Below, piece after piece: positions 1 through 8,511 of a DNA stretch of 64,000 nt. The notes beneath the pieces are model-generated. The model did no database searches. It saw only the letters and a program-made list of their open reading frames with translations, and was not told the origin of the DNA. The position numbers and the translations under genes were made by a program. Source of the stretch: Pseudomonadota bacterium (GTDB taxonomy: Bacteria; Myxococcota; JACRCW01; JAFGSX01); NCBI GenBank assembly GCA_043821645.1, contig JBDRCO010000052.1, positions 97,442-161,441 on the forward strand. The letters are read 5' to 3'. Within the stretch, counting starts at the first letter, position 1; the number at the start of each line of letters is the position of its first letter.

Positions 1-1
1 C

Positions 2-163
2 GTGGCCCAGCACAATGTCGCGGGCCTGGCGCTGTTCGAGGCCTCGGGCTTTGTCCCGGTCGAGGGCGTTGCGGCTCCGTACCCCGATGGCAGTTCGAGT
101 CTGCGCATGAGTCGTCTCTTGCCATCGACCGTATCGGCGCTGGAGGGATCGCTCGCTCGCTGA
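2..163 (+). CDS. 3' end of a GNAT (RimI-like) acetyltransferase, partial
   Basis: Frame 2 reads VAQHNVAGLALFEASGFVPVEGVAAPYPDGSSSLRM..., matching the GNAT motif-B pattern V..N..A..L(Y/F)E..GF....Y.DG; TGA at 161-163. Not in the ORF track because it is truncated by the window edge. Confidence 0.65.
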   Translation: MAQHNVAGLALFEASGFVPVEGVAAPYPDGSSSLRMSRLLPSTVSALEGSLAR

Positions 164-796
164 TCAGGCCTGTTCGGCCCACGGCGCTGCTTCGTGGAGC
201 GGTATCGGGGCGGCCTCTGCGTCGAGCTCGGCCAGGGCCTCGAGCTGGGCCACGAGTTCCTCGACGACCTCGCGTTCGTTCGCAGCGCCTCGTCGCTCGC
301 CCTGGTGGCTGAAGTACAGGATCGTCAACTTTGCTTGGAGCGCGCCCAGCAGCTGCAAACCGCGCTGGAACTCGCGTTCCCGGTGCTCGCGGAGCCCGTT
401 CAGCGTCGGCAGTACCTCGGCGGTGGCGCCTCCCAGCTCGGCATCAAGTTCTGCCTGCAATCCATCAAGGCAGGAAAGGTGTTGCAGCAAGCTGTCCACC
501 GCGGCCAGGGCGCGGCGGGTGCTCGCCTCGCCCAGTCGCGCACGCGTCAGGGACCGATGCACGGCGTGGCGGAGCTGGTGCAACACCCGGGACCGGGATC
601 CCGTCGCCACTCCCAGGTCCAGGGTCCCTGTCTCCGCCAGGAACAGCAGAGGGCCCAGGAAGGGCCACAGCAGCACCACGAAAGGGGTGGCGCGCCAGCC
701 GACCAGCGGACCGACCTGGGACCGTCGCCACACCACCAGCACCGCGGCTCCGACGCCCACTCCCAGATAGCAGATCAGCAGTGTCGACGGTGTCAT
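164..796 (-). CDS. Membrane-anchored coiled-coil hypothetical protein
   Basis: Two N-terminal hydrophobic segments (LLICYLGVGVGAAVLVVW, PFVVLLWPFLGPLLFL) then helical E/L/R-rich segments; directly abuts the upstream gene (stop at 797-799). Confidence 0.65.
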   Translation of the reverse strand: MTPSTLLICYLGVGVGAAVLVVWRRSQVGPLVGWRATPFVVLLWPFLGPLLFLAETGTLDLGVATGSRSRVLHQLRHAVHRSLTRARLGEASTRRALAAVDSLLQHLSCLDGLQAELDAELGGATAEVLPTLNGLREHREREFQRGLQLLGALQAKLTILYFSHQGERRGAANEREVVEELVAQLEALAELDAEAAPIPLHEAAPWAEQA

Positions 797-1588
797 CTAC
801 AGCACCCCGAACCACGACCAGGTGGACACCACGAAGGCGAAGGACATGAGTAGCAACGCGACCCGGGCCAGTACCCGCACCCGCGACGACTGCGAGTGGT
901 TCATTCCGTCGACGGCCTCGCTGCCCGCGCGGGTCACTGCGTCGCCCAGTTCGAGCAGCAGGACCCTCATGCGCGCACCTATGGTGAAGCCGGCCACCAC
1001 GAAGACCGCGACCATGGAGAGTGGACCGACCCACTCCACGTCGAGTTGCCACAGCAGCTGCGGCAGCGGGGAGAGAGCGGCCAGCACCAGCACGCCGGTG
1101 GCGGTGGCGCAGAGCTGGACTGCGATCAGACGGGCCAGGGGTATGCGCACGCCGTACTGTATGGAAACGGCGTGGATGGGCCCCGCGGTGGCTGCCACCG
1201 AGGCCAGAGCGGCCAGGGGCACGGCGAGCGCGGCGTGCAGCGCCATGCGTGCACCCATCCACGACGACAGCATCAGATAGCTGGCAAAGCTACTGCCCAG
1301 CGCGATGAGGGCCAGGGCGGCGAGGACCGTGGTCGCCAGGCGCTGCGCGTCGAGCAATCGATCGATGATCGCCGCGGTGTCGCGCAGGAGCGCCACCGGA
1401 AGTGACGACGACACCTGGTCATGCTCGGCCGCAACCAGAGCTTGGAGCAGCGCATCGGCGTCGTGGTCCCGAGCCACGAAAGGAGAGATCACTTCATGGC
1501 CGGCAGGCATGGCTGGAACTGCGGTTTCCAGGTTTGCGGGCGGCGCGCAGAAAACGGTCTGCCGCAGCGTGACGTCGAGCTCGCTCAT
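797..1588 (-). CDS. Polytopic membrane protein (start MSELDV...)
   Basis: ATG at 1588 overlaps the stop of the upstream gene (ATGA); about 5 hydrophobic helices. The tracked extension to 2176 overlaps another gene and is low-complexity. Confidence 0.7.
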   Translation of the reverse strand: MSELDVTLRQTVFCAPPANLETAVPAMPAGHEVISPFVARDHDADALLQALVAAEHDQVSSSLPVALLRDTAAIIDRLLDAQRLATTVLAALALIALGSSFASYLMLSSWMGARMALHAALAVPLAALASVAATAGPIHAVSIQYGVRIPLARLIAVQLCATATGVLVLAALSPLPQLLWQLDVEWVGPLSMVAVFVVAGFTIGARMRVLLLELGDAVTRAGSEAVDGMNHSQSSRVRVLARVALLLMSFAFVVSTWSWFGVL

Positions 1589-2211
1589 GCGGGGCCCTCC
1601 CTCAGCGCCAGCGAGATGGCTGGCAGCACGCGCACAGCAAAGCCCGCGATGAGCAGCAATGCGAAGGCCCGGGCTGCGACCCGGATCACCGGTCGCGACT
1701 CCACCGCATCGACGACGCGGCACAGCACCACACCGACCACGCCGGTGGTGACAAAGGGCAGCATCAACCACGTGCCCAGGGGCGGCGCCTGCCCGAGCCC
1801 TGCCGAGGCCCTGAGCAGGGCGACCATGGGGACCAGGGACAGGCTCGCCATGCCACCCTGCAGCAGGCCGATGGCGACGCAAGCCAGCAGCGCCCTGGGG
1901 TGCAGCGGAGCACGCACCACGGCCAGGGTGACGACGAGGGCTGGCACGGCCACGGCCAGCGCCTGCAACATGGCCAGCAAGGCATCGAGGCGCAGCCGGT
2001 TCAGCACCTCGCTTCCATGTTCGATGCTTCCTGCGACGAGGACCGCCGCCGCCACGGCGCCGAGGCCGGCCACGCCGGTGGACAGCATGCGTCCCGGGGA
2101 CGTGTGCCCCAGCTCCAGGGCCGCCACCGCGGGCCTGTCGAGCATGCGCAGCACCCAGGGCATCCCGCTGTGGCATCTAGCGTCGACGCGCGGCTGAGGA
2201 CTGGTGGCCAT
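1585..2211 (-). CDS. Polytopic membrane protein
   Basis: Strong SD AAGGAGGT just upstream of ATG 2211; about 5 hydrophobic segments; coupled to the next gene. Confidence 0.65.
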   Translation of the reverse strand: MATSPQPRVDARCHSGMPWVLRMLDRPAVAALELGHTSPGRMLSTGVAGLGAVAAAVLVAGSIEHGSEVLNRLRLDALLAMLQALAVAVPALVVTLAVVRAPLHPRALLACVAIGLLQGGMASLSLVPMVALLRASAGLGQAPPLGTWLMLPFVTTGVVGVVLCRVVDAVESRPVIRVAARAFALLLIAGFAVRVLPAISLALREGPA

Positions 2212-2277
2212 CGGACCTCCTTGAGGACACGGGACGTGAGCCTGAGACGGTGCCCGCCTGTGCTCGAGGCCAGGTTG

Positions 2278-2294
2278 TCCACGAAGCGTGCCAG
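2278..2294 (-). promoter_or_regulatory. Candidate sigma54 -24/-12 promoter
   Basis: Minus strand reads CTGGCACGCTTCGTGGA: perfect TGGCACG -24 box and a degenerate -12 box (GTGG instead of TTGC), about 65 nt upstream of ATG 2211. Confidence 0.4.
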
Positions 2295-2390
2295 GGCCAC
2301 GACGGGAAATTCCGTGCGAGGTCAGCAGACCGCGATGCCGGCTGGGTCCTGGCGGGCGCTCCCCGGACGCTCAAATTGCGCGGGCTCGGA

Positions 2391-2792
2391 TCACTTGGCA
2401 GGAGGTGTGGTGGGGTCGCCAGTCTTGGCGCTCGCGTCCGGGTCGTCGAGCCGCTTCAGCACGAAGATACGGACCTCGCCGCGAGCGCCCTTCTGATAGA
2501 CGTTGAAGCCGGACCATTTGGACTTGGAGCTGTGGTTCTCGTAGTGCACGTACTTGATGCCTGGCAAATTGACCTCGCGGCGGCGCACGACCTGGCGGTT
2601 GCCCACGAACAGCTTGTCGAACCACTTGATGGTATCGGCGAAGTCGCGGGGCGAGCGAAAGCGGTCCTCCTCAACCTTGGTGGCCCAGGGGATCATGGGC
2701 AGGCCGTGTACAGCCGTGTCGGCCGCCCGGGCAACCCAGGAGGTCACCAGGATCAGCGCCAGGAGGGGCAAACGCAGAGTCCAGCGTGACAT
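2391..2792 (-). CDS. Secreted hypothetical protein (about 133 aa)
   Basis: Signal peptide MSRWTLRLPLLALILVTSWVARA followed by a compact, well-coded globular domain. Confidence 0.75.
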   Translation of the reverse strand: MSRWTLRLPLLALILVTSWVARAADTAVHGLPMIPWATKVEEDRFRSPRDFADTIKWFDKLFVGNRQVVRRREVNLPGIKYVHYENHSSKSKWSGFNVYQKGARGEVRIFVLKRLDDPDASAKTGDPTTPPAK

Positions 2793-2945
2793 GCAGCACC
2801 TCGTCAGGGCCGCATCTCGCCAGAGCAGACCCGAGCTGTCAACGGACCGGGCACCCCTTGCCAACGCGATCCGGCGCGGCTTATGGTGCACGCGACCGGC
2901 TGACGACGTTGATGTGGCGGGCTACCCGACGCGTGGAGTCGCACA

Positions 2946-3986
2946 GTGCCATTCGAGCGCGAGATCGTGGGTGAGGCTCTTCCCGACGAGGCGGCCATTG
3001 ACCTGTCGCTCAGGCCGCGGCGCTTCGAGGACTTCGTCGGACAGGATAAGGTCAAGGATAACCTGCGGGTCTTCGTGGAGGCGGCACGGCGGCGCGAAGA
3101 GCCCGTGGACCATTTGCTGTTCTGCGGGCCACCCGGACTGGGCAAGACCTCGCTGGCGCACATCGTCGCCAATGAGATGGGCACCGGCATTCACGTGACC
3201 TCGGGCCCGGCCCTCGAGCGCAAGGGCGATCTCGCCGGCATCCTGACCAACCTGGGGCCGGGTGAAGTCCTCTTCATCGACGAGATCCACCGCCTCAACC
3301 CGGCCATCGAGGAGATCCTCTATCCGGCGATGGAGGACTACCGCATCGACCTCGTCTACGGCGACGGACCCCATGCTCGGACCCTGACCATGGGGATACA
3401 CCGCTTCACCTTGGTGGGTGCCACCACGCGCACCGGCCTGCTGTCGAGTCCGCTGCGCGATCGCTTCGGCTTCGTGGCGCGCCTCGACTACTACGCGCCC
3501 GGCCACCTCTCGACCATCCTGGGCCGCAGCGCCGGCATCCTGGGGATTGCCATCGATGACGGCGGCGCGACCGAGATCGCCCGCCGCTCTCGCGGTACCC
3601 CGCGCATCGCCAATCGACTGCTGCGTCGGGTGCGAGATTTTGCCGAGGTAGATGGCGAGGGGCTCATCGACGTCGCCAATGCCTGCAGTGCCCTCAACCG
3701 CCTCGACATCGACGCCATAGGCCTGGACGTGATGGATCGTCGCTTCCTGGGCGCCATCATCGACAAGTTCGACGGTGGGCCCGTGGGTATCGACTCCCTC
3801 GCGGCATCCTGCGGCGAGGACGGGCACACCCTCGAAGAGGTCTACGAACCCTACCTGATCCAGCAGGGTTTCGTGCAGCGCACGCCCCGGGGTCGCATCG
3901 CCACGCCTCATGCCTATGCGCACCTGGGCCGTCGTGGAAGCGCCGCCTCCCAGGGTCGGCTTTTCAAGGACCACGCTGACGACTGA
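2946..3986 (+). CDS. ruvB: Holliday junction branch migration helicase RuvB
   Basis: LRP..F..FVGQ, Walker [12 protein letters not shown], Walker [53 protein letters not shown]. Confidence 0.98.
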   Translation: MPFEREIVGEALPDEAAIDLSLRPRRFEDFVGQDKVKDNLRVFVEAARRREEPVDHLLFCGPPGLGKTSLAHIVANEMGTGIHVTSGPALERKGDLAGILTNLGPGEVLFIDEIHRLNPAIEEILYPAMEDYRIDLVYGDGPHARTLTMGIHRFTLVGATTRTGLLSSPLRDRFGFVARLDYYAPGHLSTILGRSAGILGIAIDDGGATEIARRSRGTPRIANRLLRRVRDFAEVDGEGLIDVANACSALNRLDIDAIGLDVMDRRFLGAIIDKFDGGPVGIDSLAASCGEDGHTLEEVYEPYLIQQGFVQRTPRGRIATPHAYAHLGRRGSAASQGRLFKDHADD

Positions 3987-4015
3987 ATGACTTTGTATTG
4001 ACGGGGAGATCGAAC

Positions 4016-4858
4016 ATGAACAGCAAGGTGGCCATCTTTGTCGACGGCAAGAATTTTTATGAGGGATTGCGGGCCTCGGGAGTCCCGCGCAGCGTGGACT
4101 TCGCAGCGCTGGCTCGTTACGTCGTGAGTGCGGTCGGTGGCGGCGTTCTCACCGGCCTCCACTACTACACCGGACTCGAACCGCGAGCCGCGGAGCCTGT
4201 GACGGATGACGAGAAGCAGGGGGGCAGTCTCGAGGGATTTTTAGCCTACCTCGAGACCCAGCCTGGCTGCTTCGTGTACCGCTTTTCGCGCCGTCCACGC
4301 AGCGTGGTGTGCAGCGAGTGTGGTCACGTGCACAGCTACACCGAGGAGAAGGAGGTCGACACCTCGCTGGTGGCGACCATGATACGGCAGGCCGCGGTGC
4401 AGGCCTTCGATGCCGCGGTTCTGTGCTCCGGCGATGCCGACCACACGCCAGCCCTCGAGGCCTTGCGCGACCTGGGCAAGCCAGCCTGGGTGGCCACCTT
4501 CTCCGGGCATGGCCTGGCTCGACGGTTGCGCCAGGCCGCCTACGGTCACATCGATTTGACCCGCGCCCTGGGTGAGCGGGCGATCCCTGCCGCGGTTGAC
4601 GACGATGACAACCTGGGCAACCGCATCGAGGACGAGACGCGCATCGACGTGGTGGGCGCGGTGAGAGAGGCCGAGGACTACTTCGGCGAGACGCGCTATG
4701 TCGGGTTCAGCATGTTCGTCAATGGTTGGCGGTCGGACAAGCTGCCGCGAGACCCCACCGAGCGACAGCGGCGTGTGCAGCTGGCCATCGACGAGGGCCT
4801 GCTCGAGGTCTACGACGCGGCCGACGGCCACAAGGCCCTGCGCGCGGCGCGGGAGTGA
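4016..4858 (+). CDS. NYN-domain (LabA/DUF88, PIN-like) putative ribonuclease with CxxC insert and C-terminal helical domain
   Basis: IFVDGKN, EKEVD and SGDADH acidic active-site motifs; CSECG insert; SD GGGGAG before ATG 4016. Confidence 0.85.
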   Translation: MNSKVAIFVDGKNFYEGLRASGVPRSVDFAALARYVVSAVGGGVLTGLHYYTGLEPRAAEPVTDDEKQGGSLEGFLAYLETQPGCFVYRFSRRPRSVVCSECGHVHSYTEEKEVDTSLVATMIRQAAVQAFDAAVLCSGDADHTPALEALRDLGKPAWVATFSGHGLARRLRQAAYGHIDLTRALGERAIPAAVDDDDNLGNRIEDETRIDVVGAVREAEDYFGETRYVGFSMFVNGWRSDKLPRDPTERQRRVQLAIDEGLLEVYDAADGHKALRAARE

Positions 4859-5784
4859 GCGGGAGGAGACCAGCTCGAGCCTGGGTGCTGGTGGCGCTGG
4901 TCGGAGCCGCGGCGAGCTGTGGTGAATGCGCGCCGGTGGTCTTTTCCGGTGACGGGTCTGTGTTCGCGGATGCGCTGCACAGCGACGGGCGCGTGGTGGA
5001 TGCACCGGGTCTGGAAGCTGCTGGGCGGGATCACGTCGCTGTCGATGTTGAAGCCCTGGACAGGATGTCTGTCTCCGATGCCCTCGTGGCCGACCGCATC
5101 GACCGCGATCGTGAATCCGGAGAGCTGCCGGCGCAGGATGCTGTGGCCTCCCGTGATCTCGGGTCTGGCCCGGTCGACGGCGCCACCATGGATGGGCGCG
5201 CCGTTGATGCGAGCTTCTCCGACCGCACCCTCATCGACGGGAGCCTGGGCGAGGGCGGGCTCTCCGACGGGGCCAGGAGGGAGGGAGGCGGGGTTCCTGA
5301 CACTGGACTGGCCACCGACGCGCTGGCGGGCCGCGACCTTGCACCGGGCAGCGACAGCGCAGCGACGACGGACAGCGCAGCGGCCATGGACAGCTCCGTG
5401 GCGGTGGACGGTGCCGTAGCGGTGGACAGTGGCACCGCGGTGGACAGCGGGAGCAACTGCCTGAGCTCATGCCAGAACTGGACCGAGTGCCCGGATCCCA
5501 CCACCGGCTGTGACGAGGGCCCGGGGTGCTGCGTGCCGTGCGGGGGTCGGGGCCAACCCTGTTGCGTGGACTGGAACCAGGGTCTGTTCTACTGCGCCGA
5601 TCCCGGCGACGTGTGTGGTGTCTCCATCGGTGTCAACGACAGGGTCACCTACTACTGCTGCGCCAACGCCGGCGATGGCTGCTGCCAGCAGGGGGGATGC
5701 TCGGGCAGCACCTGCTGCAAGTGCCCGCGCAACGGGCTCAATTTCTGTGTGCAACCGTCCTTTGGATGCGGCGGCTGCAACTAG
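4855..5784 (+). CDS. Cys-rich lipoprotein with Asp/Ala/Gly low-complexity linker
   Basis: GTG overlaps the NYN stop (GTGA); hydrophobic stretch and lipobox-like GAAASC; C-terminal ~110 aa dense in Cys (CC pairs). Confidence 0.65.
   Translation: MSGRRPARAWVLVALVGAAASCGECAPVVFSGDGSVFADALHSDGRVVDAPGLEAAGRDHVAVDVEALDRMSVSDALVADRIDRDRESGELPAQDAVASRDLGSGPVDGATMDGRAVDASFSDRTLIDGSLGEGGLSDGARREGGGVPDTGLATDALAGRDLAPGSDSAATTDSAAAMDSSVAVDGAVAVDSGTAVDSGSNCLSSCQNWTECPDPTTGCDEGPGCCVPCGGRGQPCCVDWNQGLFYCADPGDVCGVSIGVNDRVTYYCCANAGDGCCQQGGCSGSTCCKCPRNGLNFCVQPSFGCGGCN
5353..5451 (+). repeat. Degenerate 18-nt tandem repeat encoding D(S/G)xxxx hexapeptides
   Basis: DSAATT-DSAAAM-DSSVAV-DGAVAV-DSGTAV-DSG; each unit begins GAC. 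Confidence 0.7.
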
Positions 5785-5795
5785 GAGGCTGCGTC

Positions 5796-6473
5796 ATGCG
5801 CCTGATTCCTCTCGGAGTGGGGGATGCGTTCTCGACCCGCAGCTTCGCCACGGCCTTTGTCGTCGAGCACGGTGGAACGCGCCTGCTGGTGGACTGCCCG
5901 CAACCCATCTTCCGGATGCTGGCCGAGGCCACGGACCGGGGGCTCGGCGCCGACGACATCGACCTGATCTTCGTCACCCACCTGCACCCGGACCATGCCT
6001 CGGGTCTCGAGCTTCTGGGCTGGGATCAGTGGGTGCGACAGTCGCGGCGCCTCACCGTCGTCGCCCACGCCGAGGTCGTGCGCGAGCTGCGGACCCAGGA
6101 CTGGGCCAACAAGCTGTTGCACCTGGTGCCGGTTCCCGAGGCAAGCTCGGTGCAGCGGGGGCCCTTCGTGTTCAAGGTGCGCCGCACCCGGCACACGGTA
6201 CCCACTGCTGCGCTGCTGCTGACTGCCGAGGGCCACAGCCTGGGCTACAGCTCGGACACACCCTTCGACGACGAGCTGTGCCGCTGGCTCGAGGGTGCAG
6301 ATCTGGTGCTGCACGAGGCGGGCGAGGCCCCGGTGCACGCGTCGCTGGTGCAGCTGAGCCGCTTGCCCGCGTCGACGCTGCGCAAGCTGCGCCTGGTCCA
6401 TCTGCCGGATCGCTACATCGAAGCCACGGCGCCCCTCGAGCAGCTCGCGGTGGGGCGCTGGTACGACATCTGA
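5796..6473 (+). CDS. MBL-fold metallo-hydrolase (RNase Z/Lactamase_B_2-like)
   Basis: LGVGDAF, LLVDCP, THLHPDH (HxHxDH), H-TVP, GYSSDT, LHEA, LVHL; SD AGGAGG before ATG 5796. Confidence 0.88.
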   Translation: MRLIPLGVGDAFSTRSFATAFVVEHGGTRLLVDCPQPIFRMLAEATDRGLGADDIDLIFVTHLHPDHASGLELLGWDQWVRQSRRLTVVAHAEVVRELRTQDWANKLLHLVPVPEASSVQRGPFVFKVRRTRHTVPTAALLLTAEGHSLGYSSDTPFDDELCRWLEGADLVLHEAGEAPVHASLVQLSRLPASTLRKLRLVHLPDRYIEATAPLEQLAVGRWYDI

Positions 6474-6555
6474 ATCTGATCGCGCGGCCTTCGCATTCCC
6501 TCTCGACATTGCTAAGGTGCGGCCCCCGCGCCGTACCGCGGGTCCGGAGGCTCTG

Positions 6556-8331
6556 ATGACAAACGCCCATGCCGTGTCCGCCAGTCCCGAGGAGCGCTCC
6601 CACCGCCTGAGCGAGGTGCGCGCGCGCATGCGCGATCTCGCCCTCGATGGCTACGTGGTGCGCGGGACGGACCGCTACCTCAACGAGTACGTGCCCACCG
6701 ATCAGAGCCAGCGCGCCTGGCTGTCGGGTTTCACCGGCAGCATCGCGGACCTCTTCATCACGGCCCACAAAGCCTTCATCTATGTCGACGGTCGCTACTA
6801 CCTGCAGGCGGACAAGGAGACCGACCCCGCGCTGTTCTCCGTCGTCAAGGTGCCCTTTGGCCAGGGCAACGAGCAGGTCATGTATGGCACCCTGGTCGCA
6901 CAGGCTGCCGAGGGAGTGCGGCGCGTTGGCTTCGAGCCAGACCGCTTCTCGGTGTCCGAGCTGGCCTCGCTGCGCCGGGCCGTCGAGGCCGGTGGTGTCG
7001 AGCTGGTGCCGGTGGCGCCCTCGCTGGTCGAGCGCGTGCGCGGTCCAGTGGCGGTCAAGCCGGGCAAGGTGCGCGCCGTGGATGTGGCCATCACCGGCAC
7101 CTCGGTCGACACCAAGCTGCACACCATCCGCACGGCCATGACCGAGCACAAGCTCGACGCTCTGGTGGTGACGGCGCTCGACGACATCGCGTACCTGAGC
7201 AACCTGCGCGGCTCCGAGATCGACTTCCAGGCCACCTTCAAGGGCGTGGCCGTGGTGACCAGCGGTGACTTCGTGGTGGCGCTGTCGGATTTCGCGCGCC
7301 GTCGCGAGCTGCCGCAGGTCTCCTCGCCGCGCTTCGTCGACGAGGCCGCCTGGACGCAGGTCTTGCAGGGTGCGCGCCGGGTGGGCTTCGACGAGGGCAG
7401 CGCCACCGAGGCCGTGCGCCAGGCCATCGCGGGAACCGGGGCCGAGGCGGTAGCCGTGCACAGCCCCATCAAGCCCATGAAGGCCAACAAGAACGAGGCC
7501 GAGCTCGCGCACCTGGTCGACGCGTACCGCCGGGCCGACAAGGTGATCTGGGCGGTTCAGGGCTGGCTGCACCGCCGTGTCGACAACGGAGAAAAAACCA
7601 CCGAGGCAGACCTGGCGCACGAGGTCGAGCGTCGCTTCAAACGCTCGGGGGGCACGGGCCTGTCCTTCGAGGTCATCGCCGCCCAGGGAGCCAATGGCGC
7701 CATCATTCACTACTCGGATCCCGACGCCACGAAGCCCATCGCTCCCGGCACCATCGTGCTGCTCGACACCGGGACCTACTACGAGGGCGGCTATGCCACG
7801 GACCTGACCCGGACCTTCGTCGCGGGCAAGAAAAACGTGGCGCCGGGCGAGCGCCAGAAGATGCTGTTCACCCTCGTGCTCAAGGGTGCCATCGCCGGCA
7901 TGCAGGTGCGATTCCCCGAGGGTACCAAGGGATTTCAGCTCGACGCCATGTGCCGACGCCCGCTGTGGCAGAACGGCCTGCAGTACCTCCACGGCACCGG
8001 ACACGGTGTCGGCATCAACGTGCACGAGATGCCGCCGCGCGTCGCCGCTGTCGGATCCATGGCCCTCGAGCCCGGTCAGGTGTTCAGCATCGAGCCCGGC
8101 ATCTACCTCGAGGGTGAGATCGGTATCCGCATCGAGAACCTGGTTACCGTGGTCAAGGACCCCGAGGTCCCGGGCTTCCTGCGCGTGGTACCCATCACCT
8201 TCTCGCCCCTGGACAAGCGGCTGATCGATACCAAGCTGCTGACCCGCGAGGAGAAGGCCTTCGTGAAATGGTTCGAAGCGCAGTGGAAAAAACCGGCCCA
8301 GGGCCTGCCCGAGCTGCCACCGCTCGCCTGA
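6556..8331 (+). CDS. Aminopeptidase P (Xaa-Pro aminopeptidase, M24B)
   Basis: D..LNEY, WLSGFTGS, VDGRY, NLRG, AIIHY, LLDTG.YY..G..TDLTRT, HGTGHGVG..VHE, SIEPG, GIRIEN. Confidence 0.95.
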   Translation: MTNAHAVSASPEERSHRLSEVRARMRDLALDGYVVRGTDRYLNEYVPTDQSQRAWLSGFTGSIADLFITAHKAFIYVDGRYYLQADKETDPALFSVVKVPFGQGNEQVMYGTLVAQAAEGVRRVGFEPDRFSVSELASLRRAVEAGGVELVPVAPSLVERVRGPVAVKPGKVRAVDVAITGTSVDTKLHTIRTAMTEHKLDALVVTALDDIAYLSNLRGSEIDFQATFKGVAVVTSGDFVVALSDFARRRELPQVSSPRFVDEAAWTQVLQGARRVGFDEGSATEAVRQAIAGTGAEAVAVHSPIKPMKANKNEAELAHLVDAYRRADKVIWAVQGWLHRRVDNGEKTTEADLAHEVERRFKRSGGTGLSFEVIAAQGANGAIIHYSDPDATKPIAPGTIVLLDTGTYYEGGYATDLTRTFVAGKKNVAPGERQKMLFTLVLKGAIAGMQVRFPEGTKGFQLDAMCRRPLWQNGLQYLHGTGHGVGINVHEMPPRVAAVGSMALEPGQVFSIEPGIYLEGEIGIRIENLVTVVKDPEVPGFLRVVPITFSPLDKRLIDTKLLTREEKAFVKWFEAQWKKPAQGLPELPPLA

Positions 8332-8511
8332 TCTCCCCCCCGTTTCCAGATCCTGTCCTCTCACCACCACCTCGTCGCCCTGCGAGAGCGCTGCCCTCGA
8401 CCCGAACTCGACTTCGGTGATAGGTATTACGTCTTTGCAGCTGCGGGATCAGGGGGGGGTCACGACCTTGCCAGGTGGATCGCTGCGGCCGCGCCACACG
8501 AGGGGACATCC

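Noticed and set aside
797-2176. 459-aa version of the membrane protein ORF
   Set aside because: The N-terminal ~195 aa overlap the 1585-2211 gene in another frame; the ATGA-coupled start at 1588 is more plausible.
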